From: Mizuhopecten yessoensis
Lineage: Eukaryota
Direction of reading: 5' to 3'
DNA length: 64,000 bases
Assembly (NCBI RefSeq): GCF_002113885.1
Contig: NW_018404396.1
Location: 774,503-838,502 of the forward strand
Shown: positions 11,201 through 26,000 of the stretch, in pieces
Layout: each line of letters begins with the position of its first letter
Numbering within the stretch: position 1 is the stretch's first letter
The notes under the pieces: model-generated
Told to the model about the DNA's origin: nothing
The model's database searches: none
What the model saw: only the letters and a program-made list of their open reading frames with translations
Position numbers and translations under genes: made by a program

Positions 11201-14200
11201 GTAATTATGTAGGGAATGATATTGTAGGTGGAATATACAATGAGTTGACTGACAGAATATTTTGTATAAGTTACTTGTACCAACCTGAAAACGAATGTTG
11301 GGTTTTAACCCCAAAAGGGGAAAACTGATGGAATATATAATTTGTTTTCAGTAGATAATCCTAATAGATAATCCAGTGATCTTTGTTTCCAGTAGATAAT
11401 CCCATCAACCTTTCCCTTCTGTAGGTATCCATCCAACTTCCTTTCCAGTATGTAATCTTGTCCCATTTATTCCCAGTGAAAAGCCATTTTCACTCTCGGT
11501 GGATCATCCAGCAACCTTTAATCCCAATAGATTATATAGCCAACCATTTTTCCAGTAAATAATCCAACAACCTTCATTCCTGGTAGATAACCTGGCCAGC
11601 CACCATTTAACCCAGTAGATAATCCAGTCAATTTAAATCTGGATTAGTAATCAAGCCATCTTTATTCAACCACCTTTGTTCCCAGTAGACAATCCAGTCT
11701 CCTTCGTTCCCAGTGTATAACCCAACTGCCATTGTTCCTAGCAGTAGATAATCCACTGCCTTTGATTCCAAAAGTAGATAATCCAGCTGCTATTGTTTCC
11801 AGTAGATAATTCCACCCTCTATTTTCTCTGTATATAATCCAACCACCTTTGTTCCCAGTAGATAATCTAGCCACCTTTGTTCCCATTAGATAATCCAACC
11901 ACCTTTGTTCCCAGTAGACAATCCAGCCACCTTTGTTCCCAGTAGATAATCCATCCACCTTTGTTCCCAGTAGATAATCCAACCACCTTTGTTCCCCAGT
12001 GTATAATCCAGCCACCCTTGTTTCCAGTAGATAATCCAGCTTCTTTTGTTCCCAGTAGACAATCCATCCACCTTTGTTCCCAGTAGATAATCCAGCCACC
12101 TTTGTTCCCAGTAGATAATCCATCCACCTTTGTTCCCAGTAGATAATCCATCCACCTTTTTTCCCAGTAGATAATTCAACCACCTTTGTTCCCAGTAGAT
12201 AATCCATCCACCCTTGTTCCCAGTAGATAATCCAGCCACCTTTGTTCCCATTAGATAATCCAACCACCGTTGTTCCAAGATGATGTGGCTGGATTTGGGA
12301 ATGGCTAGAAAATTTGGACAATTTTGGTTAAAAAGAAAAGATAAAAAACGTTAGTTAGATAGTGAGACAATCAGGTCATTGGCAGCTAATTAATTTAGTC
12401 ACAGCTGTATATATAATGACTACAATTAAGGATATAATGTTTTACCGATGTTAACTGATGCTTGTCATAGTGAACTAGGATGTTATTAGTTAATTGATAC
12501 ATACAATTGTATTTTAACTAGGGTGTTTGGTTGATAGTTACTATTTGACCCGACAACCTTTATTATTCATGTCTATATATAATGGATTTTAACACATGGT
12601 TAGCTTATCGTCGATGAGAGATTTAATGTTTATTTTTTCTCAAAATCAGGCTGATATAGAGAACTTGAAAGGGACATTGATCTGATCGTGACAGAACGTG
12701 TTTGCTGAGGATTGTCAACCAGTTTGATTTTGAATCATTAAAAGCTCGGCAGGATGGAAGTGAGAGTGAAGTGTCATGCTGGCAGGATTAAAAGTATATG
12801 TTTGATAAGTAAACTTCACTTGACCCCAAAACAATCTTTAACTTGAGCTGCTTAGATGGAAATTCTAGTAAGTGTATCATCATATGAATGCAAGTGCCAA
12901 AGCTGGCAAATAACACTTGCTGCTTCTGTTTTTTGCTTCCACATGGTCTCCTCATTTTCTGTTAAATAAAATAGAATAGAATATAAAATAATAGAAGATG
13001 TTGTAGCTTATAAATTGTAAATACGAAAAGCAATATTTGTAAAGCATTCTGTAATGCATTTACTTGAAGTGAGTGAAAAAAAATTGTCGGATTACAAACC
13101 GATTCTGTTAATTGAAAATCAGATGAAACAGTTATAAGACAATAAATCATTCAATCATGCTTATATAATATCATTAAATATCAAAGTATACATCTAACTG
13201 TATTGAGGTAGAAGCACAATTACCAAGTAAGAGTGTACACTTGTATTTATATACAACTTAGTATAAATATCTATTCAAGAAAAGAGGACATTATACAAAA
13301 ATATGGTTGTTTCAGTTATCACTATGGTAACCCTTTCTTTGACTCAGTATTTCCTTGTCAATGGTGTGATTTCTTAGAATAGACTCAGTATATTTGAGTC
13401 AATATTGTGGTTCCTCAGGATAGGCTCTTAGTATTTCTGAGTCAATATTGTGGGTATCAAGGATACACACAGTATTTCTGAGTCAACACTGTGTTTACTC
13501 AGGATAAATGTTATGTTTCTGAGTTAGCACTGTAGCTACCAAGGATAGACTCAATATCTCTGAGTCGACATAAAGTATTGGTTACTCAGGATGGACTTCA
13601 TATTTCTGAGTCAACACTATGGTTACTCAGGTGAGACTCAGAATTACTGTGTCAATGCTGTGGTTACCAACGATAGATAGAGACTATCTGTATTTCTGAG
13701 TAATCACCGAGCTACCAAGGATAAACTCAGTATTTCTGAGTCAACATTATTGGTTAATTAGGGTGGACTCAATATCATACTTGCCAACTTTTGAAATTTC
13801 CATGGGGGAGATTACGCGTGTTCAGAATTAGAAGAACAGCACTTTTAAATGGCATCTTTTGAGCTGTTCTTTCAGATGAAACATTAAATGTTAGAATATA
13901 GGAATAGTTAGGCAAATTCACTGGTTGAAAATGCTAAATTTTAGGTTCCAAAATTGGGAGAGTTGGCAAGTATTCAATCTTTCTGAGTCAACACCATGGT
14001 TACCTGGGATAGACTCAGTATATCTAAGTCAATACTATATGGCTACCAAGTATATACTCGGTAACCACATATTTGACCCAGGGAATATAAAGCATAGACT
14101 GATAACACCTACTGTCATGTATTCATTGCAATAGCTCAGTATTTCTATACGGTTTACTTCACTGCCTATGTGTGGTTTGTTTTTTCTTTTTTGATGTTGA

Positions 14201-17200
14201 CTGACACAGAACAATGTTTGTTCGGTAGCTACACCAGGGAAACTTGAATAATTGTGAGGACATATTTCACAATTTTCCCTAAACCCATAGTTCTGTAACC
14301 ACCACAGATATTCAATACTTTATAGACCCAAGACATTCAAACCAGTAATTAGTGAGTTGTGGATTAACTTCTCTGAACATAATTCTGTACCATGACCCTG
14401 TTTTTTTTTTTTTAGATGTACCTGGTAGGTACATATCAGGCGTTTAACCATGACCTCACAAAGCTGATCATTACAAACCCCCAGTCCAGGTCCGTGTCAA
14501 TTTCAAATAAATTATCCAATTATGGAGTGTGGAAAGAGATTAGAGTAGGGGACTTCTGTCCAGATTCAAGAAATTGACATGCAGATTTTCTTGTAGTGTC
14601 AATTGAAGTTTATGATAATGATATGTCCTTTAAATTCATCCTGTCATGGTAAATCGGATATATGTTACATGTGTATGTATAGTGTATTAGGTTATAGCTG
14701 TCATGCAAAGCTGGAGCACTGCTTCAGTATGTATAAATTACAGTCATGGGCAATTGATTTAGATCCACATATTTTTCTGTCAGTTTTTAAATGGTAATAT
14801 TGTGCTATTTTAATATTGATTTGGTGTCAATTTTATCTCTGTATGGTAAAGTAAACTGCCCCTATTAAATTCTGTATGGTGTAAATCACTCCTGCTCTGA
14901 ATAAGAACTTTCTGATCTCTTACAATATTGCATCAGTGTGCACTTGCAGATTCATGAGGGGCACATTCCTTTTAACTCATCCCCCCCTGAAAATTTATAA
15001 TGAACTTTTCCAACCTTTGAATTGGAAGAGTTCAAATGTGTCTTTAGGAGTGAATGTGTTAAAGTCAATTTATATAACTTTTATTGTCACCTCCATATAA
15101 GGTATTTGTTGTTTTAACTTTTTTTTTTTTTTTTCACCTGAAATTTTGATTTCGGGTGTGATGTCCTTGTTGTGTGTTTAGATTTGTTTGCTACGGGAAA
15201 ACAGTTTACTTGGCACCAACTCTGAGCAATAAATCCTGGGTCAGATGTTTTGTAACAAACTTCAGTTTCTAAGACATTGTACAGCAATCATATACGTGTA
15301 ATCTAGCTGGCTGTACTCGGAAGAGCTCCCCATCTGACCTGTCCATAATTAACTTACTATGGGCTCCAAAGCAAGTATGAGGTTAATTCTATGCGAACTT
15401 AAATATATAGCATATACATAACTAAGGATCTTCTTTTTTCCTGATCAATAAATTTATGAGTTCCTAATTAAAGCTTTACTATGAGCTCTCCATGCTTTGG
15501 TTTACATCGATTATGAGCTTTTGACTGTAGCAAGCTACTACGAGCTCCAGCTAGATCTGCTGTTCAATATAGTAGAGCAGTTATTCTAGTCTTACAGCTG
15601 TTGCCTATAGTCCCAATTTTATACATCTGTCCAGAACAACCTGTGACGTCTGCCTGCCTGTCCTATGTGTGGACAGTGCCCCAAGTACAGAAGACCACCA
15701 TATAATCCTATTTTCTACTTGGTCTAACTGTACCTGTGCCCAAGGGCTGTAGAGGTAGTTACATAGGTGATTTAAAGTGCCAGTGTTATTGAACTGACAA
15801 GCCATTATTTTGTAGAATAAACATGTACAACTCACTTTAAACGTACCTGTTGATATTCCGTACCTGTTGATATTCCGTACCTGTTGATATTCCCTAGTAT
15901 ATATCTGTCCTGTAGACTATCCATGATTTAGTATACAGGATATTTGTTTCCATAGATTAACTATCATGTTGTAATTATATACTAGATATTTATCCCATAA
16001 AGTAACATCTTAGATATAATATACACATATTGCATATCCCATATAGCTTAACATAATGTATACAAACAAAGATATCTCTCCCACAGACTACCATCATGTG
16101 TCATACAAGATATCTATCCCATATTCTTAGATCATGTATATATCCCATAGACCACCTATCTTGTAAGTAACAGGATATCACTCCCATAGACTATATACAA
16201 GATATCTATAGCACAGACTACCATCATGTACATATACAAGATATATGTCCAGTAGACGACCATCATGTACATATAGAAGATATATGTCCCATAGACTACC
16301 ATCATGTATACATACAAGATATCTAGCCCATAGACTACAATCATGAATATTTACAAGATATCCGGCCCACATACTACCATAATGCACAATGTATATACAA
16401 GATAAATGTCCAATAGGCTACCATCATGTATATACAAGATATCTGGCCCATAGACTACCCATCATGTACATATACAAGATATATCTCCCATAGACTACCA
16501 TCATGTACATATACAAGATATATCTCCCATATACTACCATCATGTATACATACAAGATATCTGGCCCATAGACTACCATCATGTATATATATATAAGATA
16601 TCTGGCCCATAGACTACCATTATGTATACATACAAGATATCTGGCCCATAGACTACCATTGTGTATACATACAAGACATCTGGTCCATAGACTACCATTA
16701 TGTATACATACAAGATATCTGGCCCATAGACTACCATTGTGTATACATACAAGACATCTGGTCCATAGGCTACCATTATGTATACATACAAGATATCTAT
16801 ACCATAGACTACCATTATGTATGCATACAAGATATATATACCATAGACTACCATCATGTATATATACAAGGTATCTGGCCCATATAAGACTACCCATCAT
16901 GTAATTAACAGGATATCTGTCCCATTATGTACTAAGCAGGATGTAATCATATAAATACACTCATAGATTCTGAAGTGCATTCACTATGGAATATTTCCTG
17001 AATAGATTATTATATGTAAAGTTATCTTTACTTAAAATACAAAATTTACTTGTACTGAAGAATATCTATAAAAAGGACACCAGTACTGTAGAATGCAGGC
17101 ACTATGAAAAAAACCTGTATAGAATACCCATATGTAGGATATACAGATGTTTATATACCCATTGTCGGATACACACGGTCGATTACACCACACTTACAGA

Positions 17201-20200
17201 TAAGTGTATAGCGCAACAAACTATGTGACAACAAATGTACCTGGCAAACAAAAAGTTGACTAATGAAAGATAATAAAAAAACTACCGGTCCATTATTTCC
17301 TATTTGGGGATCCGAAAACCAGACAATGTACAGTAGTGCTGACCATGCCATTGGTTGTTCAATATTACAGAACAGCTGTCTAGCACTAAATATATTGTAA
17401 CAACCATTTCCCTCTCTCAGGCACCACCAGTCCATTGCTGAGCTATGTATATTGGAGCCCTATATAGAACAAACCCTGTAGTTACTGATGGCCTGTGCTG
17501 TCACTGTTCTGTTGACCAATTTTCTATGACAATTTATGCCTTTGTATCCAGTATTGAGAACAATTGCGATTGTAATGATTTAATGTTGTAACAGTTGCCT
17601 GCTAGCCAGTGAATCCATTGCCTACCAATACAAGTGACTGATTAACCTGATTGGGCCAATAGGACCTGTACTGGACCATGACAATGGTCCATTGAGGATA
17701 CGAATAAGCTTCAGTACTAGACATGCCATGGAGGCCAACGTTTATTGACTCAAGTATAACAGGAAGTCCCACTGATAGGCTGCTTGCTGTGTAAGTGGCT
17801 ACAGGAAAAGTATCCACATTTGTATAATGCATTTCGTAATCGTATATCTCCACAGCCACAATCTTAGCATTTATATAAACAAACAAATTGGCACCTAAAG
17901 TGGTATAAAGATCATCTAGCCCACAGTGCATATTATACAGTTGCAGCTTGCGTATTTTTTGGGGGGAGGGGTACAATTAATATTGTGCCAGAATATTCTG
18001 AGAATTGGTTCATCAGTATAATTTTGGAATGAACAAGAAATATTCATGGCATGCAGATCAAGCTGTTTAGCAATGCAAGTTAGAAACACACCATGTATTA
18101 AGTTTGAAAAAGATTTCATGTTTAATTTATAGTCATGAAAAAGACAAATCAATTCAATGTAAAGTAAAAATGATTTGTACATTTTTTTTAACCTACAAAA
18201 TGCATTGAATATGATACAACGATACATTGTAACATGATGTGTAAACTAGTAGTTATAGCATAGTTCATATAGTTATTTTTTTCTGGCCTGGGTCATATGG
18301 TTTGGTTACTATTGATTGGTTCCTGTAGTCTAGTTACTATGGCATGGTTTCTATAGACTGGTTACATAAATACCTGATTCCTATAGTCTGATTGCTATGA
18401 CCTGGTTCCTATAGATTGGTTACTAAAACCTGGTTCATAAAGTCTGGTTACTATGACCTGGTACCTATAGTGTGGTTACTATGACCTGGTACCTATAGTG
18501 TGGTTACTATGACCTGGTACCTATAGTGTGGTTACTATGACCTGGTACCTATAGTCTGGTTACTATGACCTGGTACCTTTAGTCTGGTTACTATGACCTG
18601 GTACCTTTAGTCTCGTTACTATGACGTACCTGGTACCTATAGTCGAGTAACTATGACCTTGTACCTATAGTCTGATTACTATATATAGCTATGGCCAGTT
18701 ACATATGTACCTGTAGTCTAGTAACTTTAGCTGGTTCCTATATAGTCTGGTAACTATAGCCTGGTTACTATAGTCGGTTTACTATGGCCTAGATCCTATA
18801 GTCTGGAGTCCAGTTACTACATTTTATAACCTAAACTACCCCTGACTGGTTATTATAGTCTAGTTCAAACAACATGGTTACTACGTGGTTACTATAGCAT
18901 TGTTACCACTATTTATACCTGGCTAGTATTTATATAGCATGGTCATAATTACAACAGTCTGGTTACTAGGGTTTCTTGATTTGTTTGTGAACTTTAGGGC
19001 CAAGAGATCCGGTGTTACCTTATCTTTCAAAAAGTGTGAATTCTCAAGGATGAATGTATTATTTGATCCTTTGAAAGTTATTTGAATAGGTTTGTTGATG
19101 TAACAAGACATTAGCATGAAGGTATAAGGTACAGTACGTAAGGTTGGCCTGTAACTTGATGCTTTTTATAGCAAAATGGTATGATGTATTGAAGAATTGG
19201 ATTGCAAGTCATAGTCAGATGAGTTTCAATACAGCTGGTGAAAACATTTGTATGGATGACATCAGTTTTCTCTGTTTACCTTGTTGGACTCAATTTTCAA
19301 TAAAAATGAAGATGTTTTTACAAAATAAAATGTTTTCATGTAAACTTTACTAATCAGAAAAATGTTTTAAAAATATTGTGTACATGTATCGGTATCTCTT
19401 TTAATTGGATATGGTAGATGTTCTGTACAATACATATTTGCCCAGTATTAAAAGTTATGCCTAATAAGCTGAATTAACACAGTATGGAAACTTTTTCTTA
19501 TTTCAAACGCAAAGAAAATATAATACAATACTGAACCAATCTTGTATGCAGAGTGTTAGCATAACACATTTTTTCTTTTGTGATGCAAAGTTTAAATGCA
19601 ATGATTTTGTGCAGTGTTGATATAACATAACACAAATTGTATTACATATTGCAGTCACAAAGAAATACAAAATGTTCCAAATTCGTGTGTGCCGCTTTAA
19701 CTTAACACCTATATCTCTCTTGTTGCAGTTGTACATAATGTACTAGTGATTTTGTAAACAGAAGGTTTAGTCTATGTTTGTTACTATTACAAGAATGTGC
19801 GACACCTGAGCACCGACAATCTCCTTAGGCTCCTTCAGCAACACCTGGTCGACTTGTCGGACATGTTTGTACACGGAAGCTAATTAGCCGATGTACGTGT
19901 TAGAGAAGTTAATCAGCTGTCATCAATACAGATCTTGGGCGGGGCAGTCCTCCACACAAGGGTTAAGGGGATTGTACAGATGAGCAGGATTCCCAGTCTG
20001 ATGCACTACCAATAGGGCATCATTATGGAGGCTGATTTATAAAGGTGCTACAAAGCTATTACATCAGCTTGGGTGGATGTGCATGACATGATGCACAATC
20101 TGCTATACAAACTGCACAGCACAACATGCCTGATCACATTACGAAGATCACTGCAATGACGGCTGTCACATGTCTCTGTGGAAAGTCGATTGGTGTCATG

Positions 20201-22978
20201 TTCAATATCCAATACAGGGATGTTTGGTTCAGTGAATACCTTCGGTACCTCTCTTCTATCTGATCTCATAATGTCTGTGTTATGGCAATTGATATGGTTA
20301 TATAACATTTCTGACATTTGTAATACATAATATGTCTGGGGTAATATTTCTTCTTCTGTTCTACTTCTATTGTTTCAACCCAGACATCATAAGGGTAAAA
20401 TGTTATGACACTAGACTCGAAGGACATATGCTTATAAGGACAAAGCTGACATGAATCTCCATTCAAAATGAATTTCACATAGAGAAACATGTAAAGAATC
20501 TTATTTGAAATATCAATGATTGGTTAACAGATCTAAAAGGTACAGAAGTAAACATGCAATGAATTCAAGGACAGTCAGGTATTTCTGAATTGTTCGACAT
20601 TGGGAAGAATTAAGTGAACCACGTTAGTATAATGTGTAAGGGGGATAACTCTAGCACAATTCACATGGTTAATGTGCAAGGGGGATAACTGTAACACAAG
20701 TTGTGATATGTGTAAGGGAGATAAACCTAACACAAATGTATGTTTAATATGTAAAAGAGATCACAAGTTATATGTATAATATGTAAGGAAGATAACTAAC
20801 ACACATCACGAGGTTTAGCATTTCAGTGTTTTACCTCGAACACAAAGTATATATATGTATGATGTGTTAAAATGATAACTATAATAAAAGTCACAGTAGG
20901 ATGTTTAAGGGAGTCAACCCCTAACACAAACCAGCAAAAAACTGTTTGATTTATATGCAAAAATAATTATATATCATGATATTATATTAGGGAGATGGGG
21001 AGGGGGGCAATAATTATATTTAAAGATATTATATTAGCAAGATGGGGAGTGGGGCAATAATTATATTTAAAGATATTATATTAGGAAGATGGGGAGGAGG
21101 GCAATAATTTTATATAATTATACTATATTAGGAAGATGGGATGGGGGCATGTGCTTTGATGAGCAGAATACATGCATGTCTAATTAGCATACTAAAACTG
21201 AATTAGTCTGCATTCCACCGGATAATTTCCTTAAATATGATAGGTGTCATGGGAACTTGGTCAAGTGAATTTGGCATAGGCCATGAGGAATATGTGTGCT
21301 CTTTTTAAGAAATCATTGCTATAACTTAATACAGGCCTAGGTCAAACTTTGAATGTCTGTTAAGGTAGTTGAACCTAAAGTCAAGTTCATACATTAAGGC
21401 CAAAGGTCAAACTGCTGTATCTCATAGTGGTGTTATGTAAACCATGTGTTACCACCTCTCGAGGTGGGGGATCCAGAAGATAATATACCTGCTGTTACCC
21501 ACTGAATGTAGTGTAGGAGGTAACCTATGCTGGAACCTCCTGTAGAATTGGCAATTTTCATTTGTGCCCACTACTTGGGGACACTAAAGCAGTCAAAATA
21601 TGATGCTATGCTGGATGCCTTTGGCATGGTATTTCAGTGGGATAGCACTATGAAGTTGGCATAAAATCTGTGCTATTGCAAGGAGGCACATACACCAACA
21701 TACCCTGCCTCCTGCACACATACACGCATGCATGCACATATTACACACACAGAGGCTTGTCCTCATATGACCTTAGCTATGCATCAGGATGTTAAACCCT
21801 TTAAAACTAAACCAAAACCAACATACCTACAGCACAGGGTCAAGGTCAAAGGTCAGACTGCTTTGTATCGTGGTACTCCTTCAGACTTACTGTCGGAACT
21901 GGTCGGCAGATTAGTTGTACCAATATCTACTCCGTCTCCTTGACATTTCCACTCATACATCTTTGGGCTTTTGTCGACTTTTGAAATCATCAGACGTCTT
22001 TGAAATTTATAAAACTTATTGCATAGAGTATCGGAAGTTATTTTTAGACATGCTTAGATTTTGTCGCATGGTTCTTCATGAAACTTGAAAAAGTTGAAGA
22101 CAAGTATGAAAACTTACTGTTTTAATTATCATCAAGCTATATTTCCCCCATAAGGAGTACAAAGAAAAACAAAAGAAAAGCACAAAAAAGAGACAAAGTT
22201 AACATGGGACTGTCCTAGACAATGCGAGAGAAAATTATGTTAGTCTTAGAGCAGTCATTTATAATCTTATGAATTCACGTAGTGTGCACAACAAAGTTGA
22301 CTGCATTCATGAAGAATCTTTTAGAATTGGTAGCATTATCTTGCTGTTGAATGGAACTGAACACATCCAATGCAATCCAAACTTCAGACAGGATTAGAAA
22401 TAGAGCCTGGAGTTCACTGGTGTTCTCGCAAGTACAGCAATAGTTGGATAGGGTGTCACAAAATGACTGGAACCACAGAGAAAACATGGTGCCTTGCCAA
22501 TAATATGCACATAGAGTAAATTGTTGATATGTCTGTCAGCACTCTACAACGTAGAGTACAAATAGGGACATCTAATGTATTGAAATCTTAATGACCTTCA
22601 GGTATACCCTGGGAAAGTGATTTCTGAGTACACATGTACATTTAGCACCACAACTGCCTGAGGATCTAGGTAAGGGAGGTAACTGTATGTGAAGATCGTG
22701 ATCAGCAGAATATACTCAGGTGTAACACAACTTTATACACTCTTGTAAAGGTAAACAGAGGGAGGGTACAACTGATAAGTAGAGTGGAGACTTGGATTGG
22801 TGAGACACCTGGAAGAAAACATGGAGATATTCTGGTTGTCAATGCCGGTGTTTGGACACCTGTATTGTACAGGGAACTAAGCTGGGGGCAAAACTTGGTC
22901 AATGAAATATCAACAGACTCCTTAGATTAACTTTATTAGGGCCCCGTATCGGAGATACGGGTGCCCTATAGTAATCAC

Positions 22979-23020
<42 letters not shown>

Positions 23021-26000
23021 NNNNNNNNNNNNNNNNNNNNNNNNNNNNNNNNNNNNNNNNNNNNNNNNNNNNNNNNNNNNNNNNNNNNNNNNNNNNNNNN
23101 NNNNNNNNNNNNNNNNNNNNNNNNNNNNNNNNNNNNNNNNNNNNNNNNNNNNNNNNNNNNNNNNNNNNNNNNNNNNNNNNNNNNNNNNNNNNNNNNNNNN
23201 NNNNNNNNNNNNNNNNNNNNNNNNNNNNNNNNNNNNNNNNNNNNNNNNNNNNNNNNNNNNNNNNNNNNNNNNNNNNNNNNNNNNNNNNNNNNNNNNNNNN
23301 NNNNNNNNNNNNNNNNNNNNNNNNNNNNNNNNNNNNNNNNNNNNNNNNNNNNNNNNNNNNNNNNNNNNNNNNNNNNNNNNNNNNNNNNNNNNNNNNNNNN
23401 NNNNNNNNNNNNNNNNNNNNNNNNNNNNNNNNNNNNNNNNNNNNNNNNNNNNNNNNNNNNNNNNNNNNNNNNNNNNNNNNNNNNNNNNNNNNNNNNNNNN
23501 NNNNNNNNNNNNNNNNNNNNNNNNNNNNNNNNNNNNNNNNNNNNNNNNNNNNNNNNNNNNNNNNNNNNNNNNNNNNNNNNNNNNNNNNGGAATTAAAGAA
23601 TAAGTCAACTGACCAAAGATCAGGGTCATTGGTTTAATGGTTAAGGTCATTTGGGTCCAAAGGTCAAAGACAAAGTGGATCTCTGACTTTGACCCTGGCT
23701 CTTGATGGAGGAGGTATATAAGGTGAAATAAAACAAATCAAAGCTAACAAATGAGTATTGCACCGGTATTTACATTTCTGTTAGCCAGGCAAATATGGAG
23801 GTGGAAGGAAACAAGACTCACGTCATAGTACATGTAAAATGTATATTTTGCTTTCTTGCGATTCTTTTGGAAGTTCAAATATCAAACGCCAAGCTCAGCT
23901 ATATGGGCAGATTGCTTCTTGGTGATTATGGGGGATATATATTGCCACAAGACGGGGCCCTTACTGACCTGTCAGTGTTCTAGTTTTTGTACATATTGGG
24001 TGTTCTTACATCCCCGAGACAATAAAACCCATACAAACTATTTCTACTTTCATTGCAGATTTGTATTTAGATATATGACTTAAAAATAAACATGCTGGCA
24101 CTTTTATATGTTTGCATGAATGAAACCTAATTGCATTTAAAAGTGATTGTAATTTTATATACACATATATCAAGACATATTTATTTAGGGAAGATTACGT
24201 ATTTATATCAGAGATAAGATTATCTGTGTTTATTGACGGAGTGTTAGCTTGTCTGATAATGTCCTATGACAGTGGGAGTGATATCCTCAAACATACAGGG
24301 CTTGTCCTACCTAAGAAGCTTCACAATCATTGTCTTTTCATATACTCAGTTCTGATGTCCTCCTTATCAGTTAAAACTCTGTAACTTTACAATCTAAAAC
24401 AGACATACAGGTAAACTTGTATACAACCAGACATACAGATTATCAGAATCTTTCATATACCCCTTGGCATGATAGAGTATTTTTCTTTCATAGATCTTTC
24501 TAATCACCAGAATTTGCTAAGAAACTACGAAAAAGGCATCACAATTTCTGCATCTCTGCATCAGAATGTTCCTTTTTTCGTGATGTCATGTTGTTGTTCC
24601 ATTGTGACATAGAGGTGCAACAATACACCAGTAACTATATGTATATGTTGTAAACGATACAGTCATTAATTAACCTGCTTTTAAAGCCACATTGCAGCAT
24701 TTTAATTTAACTATGAATAATGCACCTGTGTGTCGCATTCTTGTCGGCAGAACTTTGAATGTGAATGGGTTGCCGCTATATCTATTATGGAACTCTTTCG
24801 TGCGAGAGAGCAGTTAATTAAGTCATCGGTTGTTGTCACTTGTGTGTTTGTATAAATGACGGATGCAGAAAAAATTTGCATACAACCACCGCCGGCATTT
24901 TATTGGTCCGGCATGTGGGCCAAGTTTGGTTTTAAGGTTACTGTTTGGACCCAACCATGGGCATTTAAGTTCCTGTTGCACTTGATAGTGATACAAAACA
25001 TTGAAGTCAAGACATTGCTTTGCCTTTTATAATGTTTTAATATTATTAATTAAGAATTAAAGATGTATCGTATCATGTGTTGTATCGTGAGTGGTGTAAT
25101 GCAATACGTACCGTATCATGGCTCAATGTATTGTTACACCCCTATTGTGACATCCTGCACATGTTGTAGGAAAGACATATCTTACAGCCCTTTCTTACCA
25201 TGGACTGTTCTGTCATATACGCTCAAGACTAAGAAAAATCTTGTTCAAAACAACCTGTCTACTACAAAAAACCCCAGATAAACCTGTCTAAAATGACCTG
25301 TCTACTACAGACATACAGATAAACCTGTCCAAAACAACCTGCCTACTTCAGAAACACAGATAAACCTGTCCAAAACAACCTGTCTACTACAGAAATATAG
25401 ATAAACCTGTCAAAAACAACATGTCTACTACAAAAATACAGATAAACCTGTCCAAAACAACCTGTCTACTACAGATACACAGATAAACCTGTCCAAAAAC
25501 AATATGTCCACTATAGAAATACAGATAAACCTGTCAAAAACAACCTGTCTACTACAGAAATACAGATAAACCTGTCCAAAACAGTCTGTCTACTATAGAA
25601 ATACAGATAAACCTGTCCAAAACGGTCTGTCTACTACAGAAATACAGATAAACCTGTCCAAAACAGTCTGTCTACTACAGAAATACAGATAAACCTGTCC
25701 TAAATAACCTGTCTACTAGAAAAACACAGATAAACCTGTCAAAAACAGTCTACTATAGAAATACAGATAAACCTGTCAAAAACGACCTGTCTACTATAGA
25801 AATACAGATAAACCTGTCCAAAACAGTCTGTCTACTAAAGAAATACAGATAAACCTGTCCTAAATAACATGTCTACTAGAAAAACACAGATAAACCTGTC
25901 CAAAACAACCGGTCTACTACAGAAATACAGATAAACCTGTCCAAAACAGTCTGTCTACTATAGAAATACAGATAAACCTGTCCAAAACGACCTGTCTACT

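Noticed and set aside
13340-14145. Palindromic repeats with variable intervening sequence (CRISPR-like appearance)
   Set aside because: The intervening parts are diverged copies of one another rather than unique spacers. The context is a eukaryotic intron with no cas genes.
11662-16904. Repeat-rich ORFs at 11.7-12.3 kb and 16.2-16.9 kb
   Set aside because: Minisatellite translations in multiple frames.
21440-21530. CCACCTC-TC-GAGGTGG hairpin as an HDV-like ribozyme
   Set aside because: Could not build P1 or P1.1 pairings.
22922-23650. ORFs of 207-242 aa
   Set aside because: Artefacts of reading through the N gap.
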